Notes: generated from the sequence alone by a model not told the origin. 64,000 nt of DNA from an uncultured Thermoplasmatales archaeon (GCA_964514975.1 CAZESS010000001.1:35736-99735); one strand, 5' to 3'. Shown: positions 40,901-49,473, numbered from the stretch's first letter. Made by a program: numbers and translations.

Positions 40901-43900
40901 CGTTGAACGGTGCGGTATCATACAATACCAATGTTACCTATACGGACAAGGGCTTCGTCGTCGAGGCGGATTATGTCAACATCACGGGTTTCAACCTGGC
41001 CTATTGGGGAATGAATCCGGCTCCATGTGGCGGCGTGCTGGTCAATCATTCCAGCCACTGTAACATCTCCGGCAACATCATCCAGGATGACGCGGATGGC
41101 ATCAAGCTCAACCATTCGGATGACAACATCGTGTACAACAACATCATTTCCGGCCAGTCGGATTTCGGCATCTGGCTGGTGGACGCCGCGAGCAACGTCA
41201 TCGAGGCGAACAACATCACCGACAACTCTTTCGGCATATACTATGAGACGTCTGAACCTGTGCCTGCCTCATGGAACACCATCGTGGCTAACAACATTTC
41301 CTCTAACGATTACTGGGGCATCTACATGGAGGACACGGACAACGAGACCATCATGTACAACTGGTTTTATGGCAACGGCATCACGGAGGGCGGCGCGGTT
41401 TATTTCTGGGACGTTGAGAACAGCACCGTAGCGGAGAACGAGATGTACGGCAACCTCGAGGGCATCGTGCTGGAGAATTGTTACAATGTGACCGTCGAGT
41501 CCAACATCATCATCGGGCTGTCTATACCTGACGATGGCGGCGAGACCTACACCGTGTCTGTCAACACGGGCGAGGGATGGGAGGTCTGTGAGGAGCTTCG
41601 TTTCCCCCGATATTATCGAACTGAGCATGTCAGATTGCCCTCATCGACAGGTGACACCTATCGGGTGCGCATCGAGCAGCATGGCGGCATCGCCGCGCAT
41701 GTCGACTATGTCGCCCTGGGTCGCGGCGCGTTACACACCCCTGACCAGGCCATCGTGCATGGCGACGGGACGAGCGTGATGGACAAGCTGCTTGCCCGGG
41801 ACAACGACGTTGCAAGTGCATGGGAGCAAACCATTGAGCTGACCTGGAACGAGCGATTCACTGAGCCCGTGCTGGTGATGGTGGCCAACGAGGAGCAGCC
41901 GATGGAGATGGAGATACCGCTGCGGACCCCGTCGGTGATGACCCCCGACAACATGGAGCCATATACGCTGCAAAACAACGGCGCCATCGAGGTCGATGGC
42001 ACACCTGACGGGCTGGGTGAGGCTGACTTTTCTGATTTCTGGATGCCCATGAGCGGTCATCCATGGGGAGATACCCAGGTATGGCTTCGCTCGGATGGCG
42101 AGTATCTCTACGGCGTGATGGACATAACATCGGATAACACCTGGGATGACACCGGCTGGGCGTCGCTCTACGTTGCGGTTGGCGACGAGGTACAGGAGTT
42201 CCGGGTTGATACTGACGACCAGACCTATGGCACCCCCGGTTTCGTGTACACCGACGCTGTTGCATGGCAGCACGTGTATTACGAGTTCAAAATACCGCTG
42301 GCGGACATCGAGGCCTCCCTCGGTGACACCATCCGTGTTGGCTACGGCAGCTATGGAACAAGTGCGCAGATAATTGGCAGCACCGGTGTTCGCATCAGCG
42401 GTGGCCGTACCAACAACACCGTCCGAGGCAACGTGCTGGAGGAACACGCCCATGCCATCGCGTTGCAGTGGGTGGATAACGAGACCATCGAGGACAACAT
42501 TTTGTACAATAATTCCTATGGCATATGGGTGGAGATGTGCCGCGATGTCAATGTGACCGGCAACATCATCGACAACGCTCCCGGCTGGGGGGAGGAGGGC
42601 ATCCATGTAGCCGATATCGGGATGATGGTTGGCTATCCGGTTGATGAGTATTGCTACAACAACGTCAGCGACAACGTGGTGATGAACTGCTCATATGGCA
42701 TCTATCTCCAGTATACCGACAACGAGACCGTGGCGGACAACATCCTGTACAACAACACATATGGCATCTTGCTCGAGGGATGCCGCGACATAGACGTGAC
42801 CGGCAACCTGGTCGACAATCCGCCGATGTGGGGAGAGTTTGGCATAGTGGTTACGGACATGTACTTGAACGGAGACACCGCTCCAGAGCGGTGCTTTAAC
42901 AACCTCAGCTACAACATGGTTGCAAACAGCTCGTATGGCATCGCCCTTGTATCTACAGATAACGAGACCGTCTATGCCAACACCGTCACTAACTGCACAT
43001 CATATGGCATAGCCCTTGACGCGGTGAGAGATTCCCTTATATGGGACAACGTTCTGACTGCCAACGGGTACTCCTCCATGTATATCAGTCCGGCGAGCGG
43101 TATTATGCTCTATGACTGTTACAATGTGACCGTGCTCTCCAACGATATCAACGGCAGCTTCGTCGGCGATAACGCCGGCATATCCATCATTGGGATGAGC
43201 GAGGGCGGAGGCAGTGTCGAGGGCTCGTACAATACCATTGTGGATAACACGATCTGGCAGTGCTTCGGCGCCATCGCACTATTCGGTACCGACCACGAAA
43301 CACTTGAGGGCAACACAATGTATGACAACGGGCAATACGGCATCTACATTGCGGCCTCGTATGACAGCGTTATCGCGAACTGCACGGTGTCCGATACCGC
43401 AGGATATGACTTCTGGTCTGATTCACCCTCGTATAATAACACGGTCGCCAATCTCACCGTATCGAGTTATCCGACATCGGTTGATTTCACCTATGGCAAC
43501 GGCATCGCGTTGAAGGGCGTTGAACATGCAGAGCTGCATCCCAATCCTGGCTACGCTGACATCGGCAAGTTCTTGAATATCACCAACGTGACCGCGACCT
43601 CGTGGATCAACATCAGCATCCATTACGAGGAGGACGACCTCGACCAAACGGATGAGGATACGCTGATGCTCCATCGGCTGAACGATACATCATGGGAGCT
43701 AGCGAATCCGGACTACGAGATGGTCAACACGGCTGACAACTATCTGCGGGCCAACCTATCCGAGTTCAGCATCTTCGGCGTGTTCGGTGATTTCACCCGG
43801 TACTGGATGAACCTGTCGGAGGGCTGGAACATGGTCACGCTGCCGGTGTGGAACAGCAGCTTCGTCAATGCGCAGGATCTCGGCGAATGGATACCGGATT

Positions 43901-44298
43901 GCACGATGGTATCCCGGTGGAACCCCCAGGAGCAGATGTATGTCACCCATGTGGTTGGCTATGGATCAGGCTTCAACCTGGTGAACGGCTCGGGCTACTT
44001 TGTATATGTGACCGCTGATGTATCCAAGGAATACACGGGCATGGGGCAGGCAATGGTGAACCTGACCGTGATGGACGGCTACAATTTGCTCGGCTGGACG
44101 CAGACGATCGACACCAATGCATCTGCGTTGCTGGCATCGATCGAGAACTGCCTGAAGCTCGGCATGTATGACCCCTCGCTTGGATGGCTGCCGCAGTATT
44201 TCGCTGGGTCGCCTGCACCGCTGAACTTCGAGGTCGTGGCGGGTGACGGCGTGTTCGTGTACGTCACCACGGGCAGCAGCACCTGGAACGGCAGCTAG
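37951..44298 (+). CDS. Giant (2115 aa) secreted beta-helix surface glycoprotein with shared C-terminus
   Basis: Signal peptide; three IQ.AI/GI.N/E beta-helix caps; DATYNWWG.PSGP motif; AGGAGG RBS. Confidence 0.9.
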   Translation: MKRTTHILAIAGVVAVAALAVMAFGATQADAETINVPSDYSAIQQAIDNATSDDTIDIASGYTHDGTRIIVDKDLTIEGNNAVIDAGIDIESGADVVINNLTIQDLSTADTSSWSGLSTAGSEWIVVGVRSGTLTATNLDITQTNTLSAQYVNLVGISVQNGEEMTLNDSTFDLTNVNYSLTYGVYAQQGATGVSLNDNTFNLWSERRTMFIGTEFYATGEQVPIQMTNNVFNAAGSDFGYWLQVFSGSSITREMVNNYIDGNLTAGRISHVYLGGWYDYISGGPCDAIIYDGQSIQTAIDEASPGHTICVAAGTYTENIVIPKPLVLKGPNAGIDPNTGNRVAEANITAKITVDANDVSILGFNISDSTAMDFYNGNLDNLTISWNYIIGMNDGIQVNYFEWSGTSYDSHNVTISHNYIGDMTGTATRSPFYIGGLVSSDISYNTFSNTLWGGIQLAGCSDLDFTYNRFVNITEKKSYWVQFTKDNENVRILYNTGINTTGGVKLYGNDQTDYHIDFEIAHNTFNSLVPPDSGTGSHQEPHITVWDFYGAYADGLDIHDNKINQELDNLIAGTSSTSAMAFFGVLDDITVQNNNLTVTGSLASASNYYGMYIRGGPKSYTIQGNSFIGSSADGTMGIKLAINEHPAYTGYASDGTTVLIPWSPSDTDIQITQNAFDAFDYGLKFFRNYPQEDGLVAGATVDVNYNTIQNSVTAGISNAGGQQIVDATYNWWGHPSGPNHTSNPSKDNGMGDNVSDNVHFSPWLNAPYPGGKAIDYWNPISVDGEADINEKANADTTVNITTTEEQNVTVQNYVGDPQPGAGSPQGIGPIGKYVNVSVENETAVEWPVNITIYYTQADLDAAGIPETMLAAMLYYNETSGDWEAYNDTGVNTTYSEDGYEGYVWANAWNSDQLSPKAQSGFTDVWVDDDQDPSWYDTRHVRTIQEGIGNVTEGGTVHVWDGLYRGTNILVDKSVDIIGNTSVDALNGAVSYNTNVTYTDKGFVVEADYVNITGFNLAYWGMNPAPCGGVLVNHSSHCNISGNIIQDDADGIKLNHSDDNIVYNNIISGQSDFGIWLVDAASNVIEANNITDNSFGIYYETSEPVPASWNTIVANNISSNDYWGIYMEDTDNETIMYNWFYGNGITEGGAVYFWDVENSTVAENEMYGNLEGIVLENCYNVTVESNIIIGLSIPDDGGETYTVSVNTGEGWEVCEELRFPRYYRTEHVRLPSSTGDTYRVRIEQHGGIAAHVDYVALGRGALHTPDQAIVHGDGTSVMDKLLARDNDVASAWEQTIELTWNERFTEPVLVMVANEEQPMEMEIPLRTPSVMTPDNMEPYTLQNNGAIEVDGTPDGLGEADFSDFWMPMSGHPWGDTQVWLRSDGEYLYGVMDITSDNTWDDTGWASLYVAVGDEVQEFRVDTDDQTYGTPGFVYTDAVAWQHVYYEFKIPLADIEASLGDTIRVGYGSYGTSAQIIGSTGVRISGGRTNNTVRGNVLEEHAHAIALQWVDNETIEDNILYNNSYGIWVEMCRDVNVTGNIIDNAPGWGEEGIHVADIGMMVGYPVDEYCYNNVSDNVVMNCSYGIYLQYTDNETVADNILYNNTYGILLEGCRDIDVTGNLVDNPPMWGEFGIVVTDMYLNGDTAPERCFNNLSYNMVANSSYGIALVSTDNETVYANTVTNCTSYGIALDAVRDSLIWDNVLTANGYSSMYISPASGIMLYDCYNVTVLSNDINGSFVGDNAGISIIGMSEGGGSVEGSYNTIVDNTIWQCFGAIALFGTDHETLEGNTMYDNGQYGIYIAASYDSVIANCTVSDTAGYDFWSDSPSYNNTVANLTVSSYPTSVDFTYGNGIALKGVEHAELHPNPGYADIGKFLNITNVTATSWINISIHYEEDDLDQTDEDTLMLHRLNDTSWELANPDYEMVNTADNYLRANLSEFSIFGVFGDFTRYWMNLSEGWNMVTLPVWNSSFVNAQDLGEWIPDCTMVSRWNPQEQMYVTHVVGYGSGFNLVNGSGYFVYVTADVSKEYTGMGQAMVNLTVMDGYNLLGWTQTIDTNASALLASIENCLKLGMYDPSLGWLPQYFAGSPAPLNFEVVAGDGVFVYVTTGSSTWNGS
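43447..44298 (+). repeat. 852-bp C-terminal cassette, copy 3
   Basis: Essentially identical to copy 1 over about 43526-44014; shares AMVN and DPSLG variants with copy 2. Confidence 0.95.
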
Positions 44299-44345
44299 CC
44301 CCTTCCCCCTCTTTTTCCCCTCTCTTTTCTCTTTTTTTCTCCCAA
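44299..44345 (+). terminator. Pyrimidine/oligo-T tract, probable archaeal terminator
   Basis: Long C/T-only tract after the stop; a similar tract lies at 37723-37757. Confidence 0.5.
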
Positions 44346-44377
44346 AACCTTTTTTAACGCGCGCTTGATGTCTTAGC

Positions 44378-44956
44378 ATGGCTGACGAGCAGGAGTTACA
44401 GCATCTCAGAGTCGTTCTTGATTACCTTCCCTGTGAGGACTGCGAGCACCGCGTTCCCGAGGAGGAGCGCCGGTACATGTGCTCCATGTGCGGCAGGATC
44501 AACAGAAACGTTTCAGCGGAGATAGCGGTGCCCCGCTGGCGAACCGAAAACGGCAGCGTTGTCGCAGTGGAGGGCCGTGACATCGAGGAGCTGCGCCCCG
44601 AGGTGTCGATGAAAACGGAGACGGAGGAGGAACCCGAGGAGCCAGAGGGGCCAGAGGAGGACATGACCGAGGAAATCGAGGTGCTCGAGATTGGCGTCGA
44701 CGTGCCGGAGGAGGAAGAGGAACCCGATGAGGAGGAGCTTCCCGAATGGGAAACCGTGGAGGAAACACCGCACACCGTCGGCGAATACACCCTGTACACC
44801 AAGGAGGCAACCCTGCGAGGCGGACGCAAACAGCAGATATTTTTTTATGCGAAAAAAGAAAAAAAGGATGCCACTCCCTGCGCCAAGCCCGAGGGCTACG
44901 ATGTCAAGGTCAACGAAAACACCGGCTTGCCCGTCCTCAAAAAGAAAAAAAAGTAG
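44378..44956 (+). CDS. Hypothetical protein: N-terminal CxxC..CxxC, acidic linker, basic C-terminal domain
   Basis: CEDC/CSMC, Glu-rich middle, YTLY...LRGG..Q..FF...PEGY.V..N..TGLP.LKK. TTTTTAA 27 nt upstream. Confidence 0.75.
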   Translation: MADEQELQHLRVVLDYLPCEDCEHRVPEEERRYMCSMCGRINRNVSAEIAVPRWRTENGSVVAVEGRDIEELRPEVSMKTETEEEPEEPEGPEEDMTEEIEVLEIGVDVPEEEEEPDEEELPEWETVEETPHTVGEYTLYTKEATLRGGRKQQIFFYAKKEKKDATPCAKPEGYDVKVNENTGLPVLKKKKK

Positions 44957-44962
44957 CCGACA

Positions 44963-45967
44963 ATGCACATCGAGGAGTTCGACTACCCTCTGCCACAGGA
45001 GGCTATCGCGCAGCATCCCGCCATCCCCCGGGACAGCTGCCGCCTGCTCGTCATGGATGACGGCATCCGTCATCATCGTTTCACCGACATCACGGGCTAT
45101 CTCCACGAGGGAGACGTCCTGGTGGTCAATGACACCCGGGTCAGGCATGCCCGCATCCACGCCCGGAAGAACACCGGCGGAAAAATCGAGCTGCTCGTGC
45201 TCGGGCAGGAAAACGGCGCATACCGATGCATGATCAAGGGACGCGTCCACGAGGGCACCGCTGTCGAGCTGCCCGACGGCGAAACCGCCACCGTTATCCG
45301 CAAAAACGGTGGCATCTGCCACCTGGACATCCCACACGGGATTGAGCAGCTCGAGGCGATGGGCGAGATGCCGCTGCCACCGTACATCAAAGCCGACCTC
45401 GCCGCCGAGACAAAGGAGCGATACCAGAGCGTCTACGCCGACGAAAAAGGATCCGTGGCCGCGCCGACAGCCGGCCTGCATTTCACTCCCGAGCTGCTCG
45501 ACCGCATCCGCCACAAGGGTGTCACCATCGCCGCCATCACCCTGCACGTCGGCATCGGCACCTTTATGCCCATCCGGGACAGGCACGTCGAAAACCACAG
45601 CATGCAGCGCGAATGGTACCGCATCGATGGGAGAGCAGCCGCAGCCATCAACCGGGCATCGGGCGACGTCATCGCCGTGGGCACCACCACCATCCGGGCG
45701 CTGGAGAGCGCCACCGTAGACGGCGAGGTGCAGCCCGGCGAGCGGAGCACCGACCTGTATATCTATCCCGGATACCGCTGGCAATCGCCGGTCGACGGCA
45801 TGCTCACCAACTTCCATCTGCCGCAGTCCACACCCCTGCTCATGGTCTGTGCCTACGCCGGCAGAGACTGCATCATGCGGGCATACCGGGAGGCGCTCCG
45901 GCATGGCTACCGGTTTCTCAGCTTCGGCGACGCGATGTATATCCGGGGGGCGCCATGTTCGAGATAG
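44963..45967 (+). CDS. queA: S-adenosylmethionine:tRNA ribosyltransferase-isomerase
   Basis: FDY.LP...IAQ.P, VNDTRV..AR, PLPPYI, YQSVYA..GSVAAPTAGLHF, TLHVG.GTF, AVGTT..RALES, TNFHLP.ST, YRF.SFGDAM. Confidence 0.96.
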   Translation: MHIEEFDYPLPQEAIAQHPAIPRDSCRLLVMDDGIRHHRFTDITGYLHEGDVLVVNDTRVRHARIHARKNTGGKIELLVLGQENGAYRCMIKGRVHEGTAVELPDGETATVIRKNGGICHLDIPHGIEQLEAMGEMPLPPYIKADLAAETKERYQSVYADEKGSVAAPTAGLHFTPELLDRIRHKGVTIAAITLHVGIGTFMPIRDRHVENHSMQREWYRIDGRAAAAINRASGDVIAVGTTTIRALESATVDGEVQPGERSTDLYIYPGYRWQSPVDGMLTNFHLPQSTPLLMVCAYAGRDCIMRAYREALRHGYRFLSFGDAMYIRGAPCSR

Positions 45968-47013
45968 CGGCGGAGCAGGAACAGGCCAGAGCCGGCGTGC
46001 TGCACACCAGCCACGGCGACATTGCCACCCCGGTGTTTTTGCCCGTCGCGACCAAGGGAGCCATCAAGACGCTGACGCCGGAGGAGGCATGGAGGACGGG
46101 CAGCAGGATGCTCATCGTCAACTCGCTGCATCTCTACCGCCGGGGCATGTCGCGCATCCGGCGTGCCGGCGGCATACACGAGTTCATGCAGTGGAATGGT
46201 GCCGTCGTCAGCGACAGCGGAGGATTCCAGCTGATAAAACAGTTTCCCTGCGAGATAGACACCGACGGCATCCGGTTCACCATGCCCGACGGCTCCAGCG
46301 ACCTGTTCACCCCCGAAAAATCAGTAGCGGTGCAGGAGCAGCTCGGTGTCGACATCGCCCTCGCGCTCGACGACTGCCCGTCCCACCCGGCGGAGCAGGA
46401 GCGCGTCGCCCGGGCGGTCGACACCACCATCAGATGGGCAGAGCGATGCCAGGGCGATGGCCGCTTCGCCATCCTGCAGGGCGGTATCGATGCCGGACAG
46501 CGTGTGCGCTGCGCCCGCGCCATCGCCGGGATGGACTTCGACGGCTACGCCATCGGCGGCCTCTGCATCGGGGAGCCAAAGGACACGATGCACCGCATGG
46601 TCGCGGCGACCATCCCGCATCTGCCATCCGGGAAGCCCCGCCACCTTATGGGCGTCGGCTCACCCGGGGACATCTGGCGCGCCGTCGCCGCCGGCGTCGA
46701 CATCTTCGACAGCGCCTATCCGACGCGCAACGCCCGGCATGGCACCATTTTCATTCCAGGCGGCAAGGTCAACCTGGGGCGAGCGAAGACATCCGGCAGC
46801 GTGATAGACGACACATGCGACTGCTACGCCTGCCGGCATTTCAGCCTCGACTACCTCAACCACCTGTTCCGGGAAAAAGACCCGCTTGGGCCGCGGCTGG
46901 CGACGGTCCACAACCTCACCCATGTCAACCGGGTCGTTGCGGCGGCGCGGGAGCGCATCCTGGCGGGAAAAACGCTAAAAACGAACACGGGCATACAGTT
47001 TGATGCTGTTTGA
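45955..47013 (+). CDS. tgt: Bacterial-type tRNA-guanine transglycosylase
   Basis: TPVFLPVAT, DSGGFQ, LDDCP, QGG, GGLCIGE, HLMGVG, DIFDS..PTR.ARHG, Zn site CDCYAC...HN. About 350 aa with no arcTGT C-terminal PUA domain. Confidence 0.93.
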   Translation: MFEIAAEQEQARAGVLHTSHGDIATPVFLPVATKGAIKTLTPEEAWRTGSRMLIVNSLHLYRRGMSRIRRAGGIHEFMQWNGAVVSDSGGFQLIKQFPCEIDTDGIRFTMPDGSSDLFTPEKSVAVQEQLGVDIALALDDCPSHPAEQERVARAVDTTIRWAERCQGDGRFAILQGGIDAGQRVRCARAIAGMDFDGYAIGGLCIGEPKDTMHRMVAATIPHLPSGKPRHLMGVGSPGDIWRAVAAGVDIFDSAYPTRNARHGTIFIPGGKVNLGRAKTSGSVIDDTCDCYACRHFSLDYLNHLFREKDPLGPRLATVHNLTHVNRVVAAARERILAGKTLKTNTGIQFDAV

Positions 47014-47716
47014 AACCAATCACGGGGTCATCGTCGCCTGTGACGTCGACACCCATAACGCTTTTGAACATCTCGTCCAGCAGACCTGTCACCTCGAGGG
47101 TGTCGTCGGATACAAAATCGGTACCCTCCTGGGTCTGACCTATGGCCTCAGGCCGCTCACCGAGATGGTGGCGGAGCACTGCAATCTGCCCGTCATCTAC
47201 GATCATCAAAAAGCGGCGACGGACATCCCGCAGATGGGCGAGCCCTTTGCCCGGGTCTGCAAAAACGGTGGCGTCGACAGCGTCATCCTGTTCCCCCAGG
47301 CGGGCCCTGAAACCGAAAAAGCGTTCATCCGGGCCGTCATCGAGCATGACATGGTGCCGATGGTCGGCGGCGAGATGACCCATCCCGGTTATCTCACGGA
47401 GGAGCAGGGATACATCCGGAGCGACGCGCCACCCGACATGTACCGCCTTGCCGCCCGGCATGATGTATCCTATTTCATCGTCCCCGGCAACCGGCCGGCG
47501 GCGCTACAGCGCTACCATGACCTGCTCACCGGCATTATGGACATGCCGGCGTTCTGCATGCCCGGCATCGGCCGGCAGGGGGGCTCCATCCGCAGCGCCT
47601 TCGAGCAGCTTGGCAGCACGGCGAAATATGCCATTGTGGGCTCCGCCATCTACACGAGCGATGACCCCGAGGCAGCGGCACGTGAGCTGGCCCGGGAAGC
47701 CCTGGAGTTCGAGTGA
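47003..47716 (+). CDS. pyrF: Orotidine 5'-phosphate decarboxylase family (atypical DHQK...DIP motif)
   Basis: IVACD, GYKIG, YDHQKAATDIP, PGIGRQGG, IVGSAIY; adjacent to a PRTase. Confidence 0.8.
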   Translation: MLFETNHGVIVACDVDTHNAFEHLVQQTCHLEGVVGYKIGTLLGLTYGLRPLTEMVAEHCNLPVIYDHQKAATDIPQMGEPFARVCKNGGVDSVILFPQAGPETEKAFIRAVIEHDMVPMVGGEMTHPGYLTEEQGYIRSDAPPDMYRLAARHDVSYFIVPGNRPAALQRYHDLLTGIMDMPAFCMPGIGRQGGSIRSAFEQLGSTAKYAIVGSAIYTSDDPEAAARELAREALEFE

Positions 47717-47720
47717 TATC

Positions 47721-48437
47721 ATGGAAGCCAAAGACATCATGGAGGAACTGTACCGGCACGGCCTCGTCAAAACATGGCACCGTGACCGGCCCGAGGGATG
47801 GACACTGGTGTCCGGTCTCTGGAGCCCTTTTTACATCAACCTCAGGGCGCTCCCCGGTCATCCCCGGCTGTTCATGGCGGTCGGCGAACGCCTGGGCGAG
47901 ATGATACTGGAGCGCTGCGATCTCGACAGCGTCATGGGCATCGCCATGGCCGGTATCCCGCTTGCATCGGCGGTTGCGGTGCAGCACGGCGTCCCCATGC
48001 TCTACACCCGGAAGCTCAGGGGCGTGAAATCGCTGGAGGCGCTCCGCGAGGCCGCACAGCAGTACGGGCAGCATTCCCTGGTCGAGGGAGCCATGCATGA
48101 CGGCGACCGGGTGGTCGCGCTCGATGATTTGGTCACGCGGTTTGACAGCAAGCTCGTCGCCGTCGAGCAGCTCGCGATGGAGGCAGACCGCCGCGGGGTG
48201 GATATATCCTGCTGCGACGTCGCGGTGCTCATCGACCGGGAGCAAGGCGCCGGCGACATCGCCGCCCGGCACGGCATCAGGCTGCACGCGTTGATACCAT
48301 TCCAGAGCCATGGCATCGACTGGCTCCACGATGTCTTCACCGACGTGGAATACGAGGTCATCAGCGACTACCTGCACGACAGCGACAAATACCAGGACGA
48401 GCAACGCCGCCGTGACATCATCGACTCCTTCAAATAA
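47721..48437 (+). CDS. pyrE: Orotate phosphoribosyltransferase-like
   Basis: TLVSG..SPFYINLR, GIP.A, RK, YG...VEG, PRPP loop VALDDLVT, LIDREQG. Confidence 0.82.
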   Translation: MEAKDIMEELYRHGLVKTWHRDRPEGWTLVSGLWSPFYINLRALPGHPRLFMAVGERLGEMILERCDLDSVMGIAMAGIPLASAVAVQHGVPMLYTRKLRGVKSLEALREAAQQYGQHSLVEGAMHDGDRVVALDDLVTRFDSKLVAVEQLAMEADRRGVDISCCDVAVLIDREQGAGDIAARHGIRLHALIPFQSHGIDWLHDVFTDVEYEVISDYLHDSDKYQDEQRRRDIIDSFK

Positions 48438-49473
48438 TGCGCCGGCGGAAGCCGCGCATGGTCCACCATCGCACGAGCTTTTCGAGCAGCCCGGGCAGCC
48501 GTCCGTCCATGCTCCAGTGGTGCCATGACAGGATACCATGGCGGCTGCCCAGGCTGATGATCAGGGGGATGGGCCGCGGCCGATACACGGCCATCGACGC
48601 GTCATCATTTTTGGTGACGTTTTTCACGATAATCCGGGCGTGGCGCTCGGCGTTCTGCGCCGTTTTTTCCTCTTTGATGGCGGTGACGTCGCCGCCGGCG
48701 TAGATGTGCGGATGGCCGGGCAGCTGCAAAAACCGGTTCACCTGTACGGCGTTGCGTTCGTCGAGCACGTCGCCCAGCCCATCAAGAAAAAAGGGGTTGT
48801 GGCGGATGCCCGTGCACCAGACCACGACGTCCGCCGCTATCTCCCGCCCCATGTCGGTAACATACATGCCGGCATGGCGGTCGACCACCTTTTCCTCCAT
48901 TACCAGCCGGATGCCATGTCGCTCCAGGAACTGGCCGGCATGTTGCGAGGCCGACGGCGGGTTTCGCTCGAGCAGCCGGCGGTGCGCATGCACCAGGGTT
49001 ATATGAAGGCGAGGGAGTTTCTCCACGAGCTCGGCGGCCAGCTCCACGCCGATCAGCCCGCCACCCACAATCAGCACCCGGTCGGCGTCACGGAGCGCCG
49101 CGGCGAGCGCCATCGCCTCCCCTGTGGAGGTGAGCGTAAACATATCGGTGGTGTCGTCGAGCAGCACGGGATATTCGACGCCGGATGCGACGATCGCCCG
49201 GTCAAACCGTATCTGCACGCTGTCGGTTTCGATCACGTGTGGGGTCATCCGGACGACGTCGCCGGTAATGATATCCGCATGCGGCAAAAAATCCCGGTAG
49301 GGAACCGATAACATGCGACTGCGGCCCGGCTCGCAGACCAGCCGGTGGACACCCGGCGTGTACTCAAAAAACGGTGTCCGGTCAACCAATATGACCTGCA
49401 CCCCGGGGCGCTGCTGCAGCTTTCTGGCGACCAGCGCACCGCAGAAGCCTCCCCCGACGATGGCGACATCCAT
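48430..49473 (-). CDS. FAD-dependent pyridine nucleotide-disulfide oxidoreductase (NDH-2/AIF/FSP1-like)
   Basis: IVGGGFCG, IVGGGLIGVELAAE, WCTG, VNRFLQ, YAGGD. Confidence 0.88.
   Translation of the reverse strand: MDVAIVGGGFCGALVARKLQQRPGVQVILVDRTPFFEYTPGVHRLVCEPGRSRMLSVPYRDFLPHADIITGDVVRMTPHVIETDSVQIRFDRAIVASGVEYPVLLDDTTDMFTLTSTGEAMALAAALRDADRVLIVGGGLIGVELAAELVEKLPRLHITLVHAHRRLLERNPPSASQHAGQFLERHGIRLVMEEKVVDRHAGMYVTDMGREIAADVVVWCTGIRHNPFFLDGLGDVLDERNAVQVNRFLQLPGHPHIYAGGDVTAIKEEKTAQNAERHARIIVKNVTKNDDASMAVYRPRPIPLIISLGSRHGILSWHHWSMDGRLPGLLEKLVRWWTMRGFRRRII

Noticed and set aside
33079-44298. Diversity-generating retroelement or CRISPR explanation for the long repeats
   Set aside because: No reverse transcriptase or cas gene is present. 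The repeats are 852-bp coding segments, the differences are not adenine-specific, and there is no repeat-spacer periodicity.
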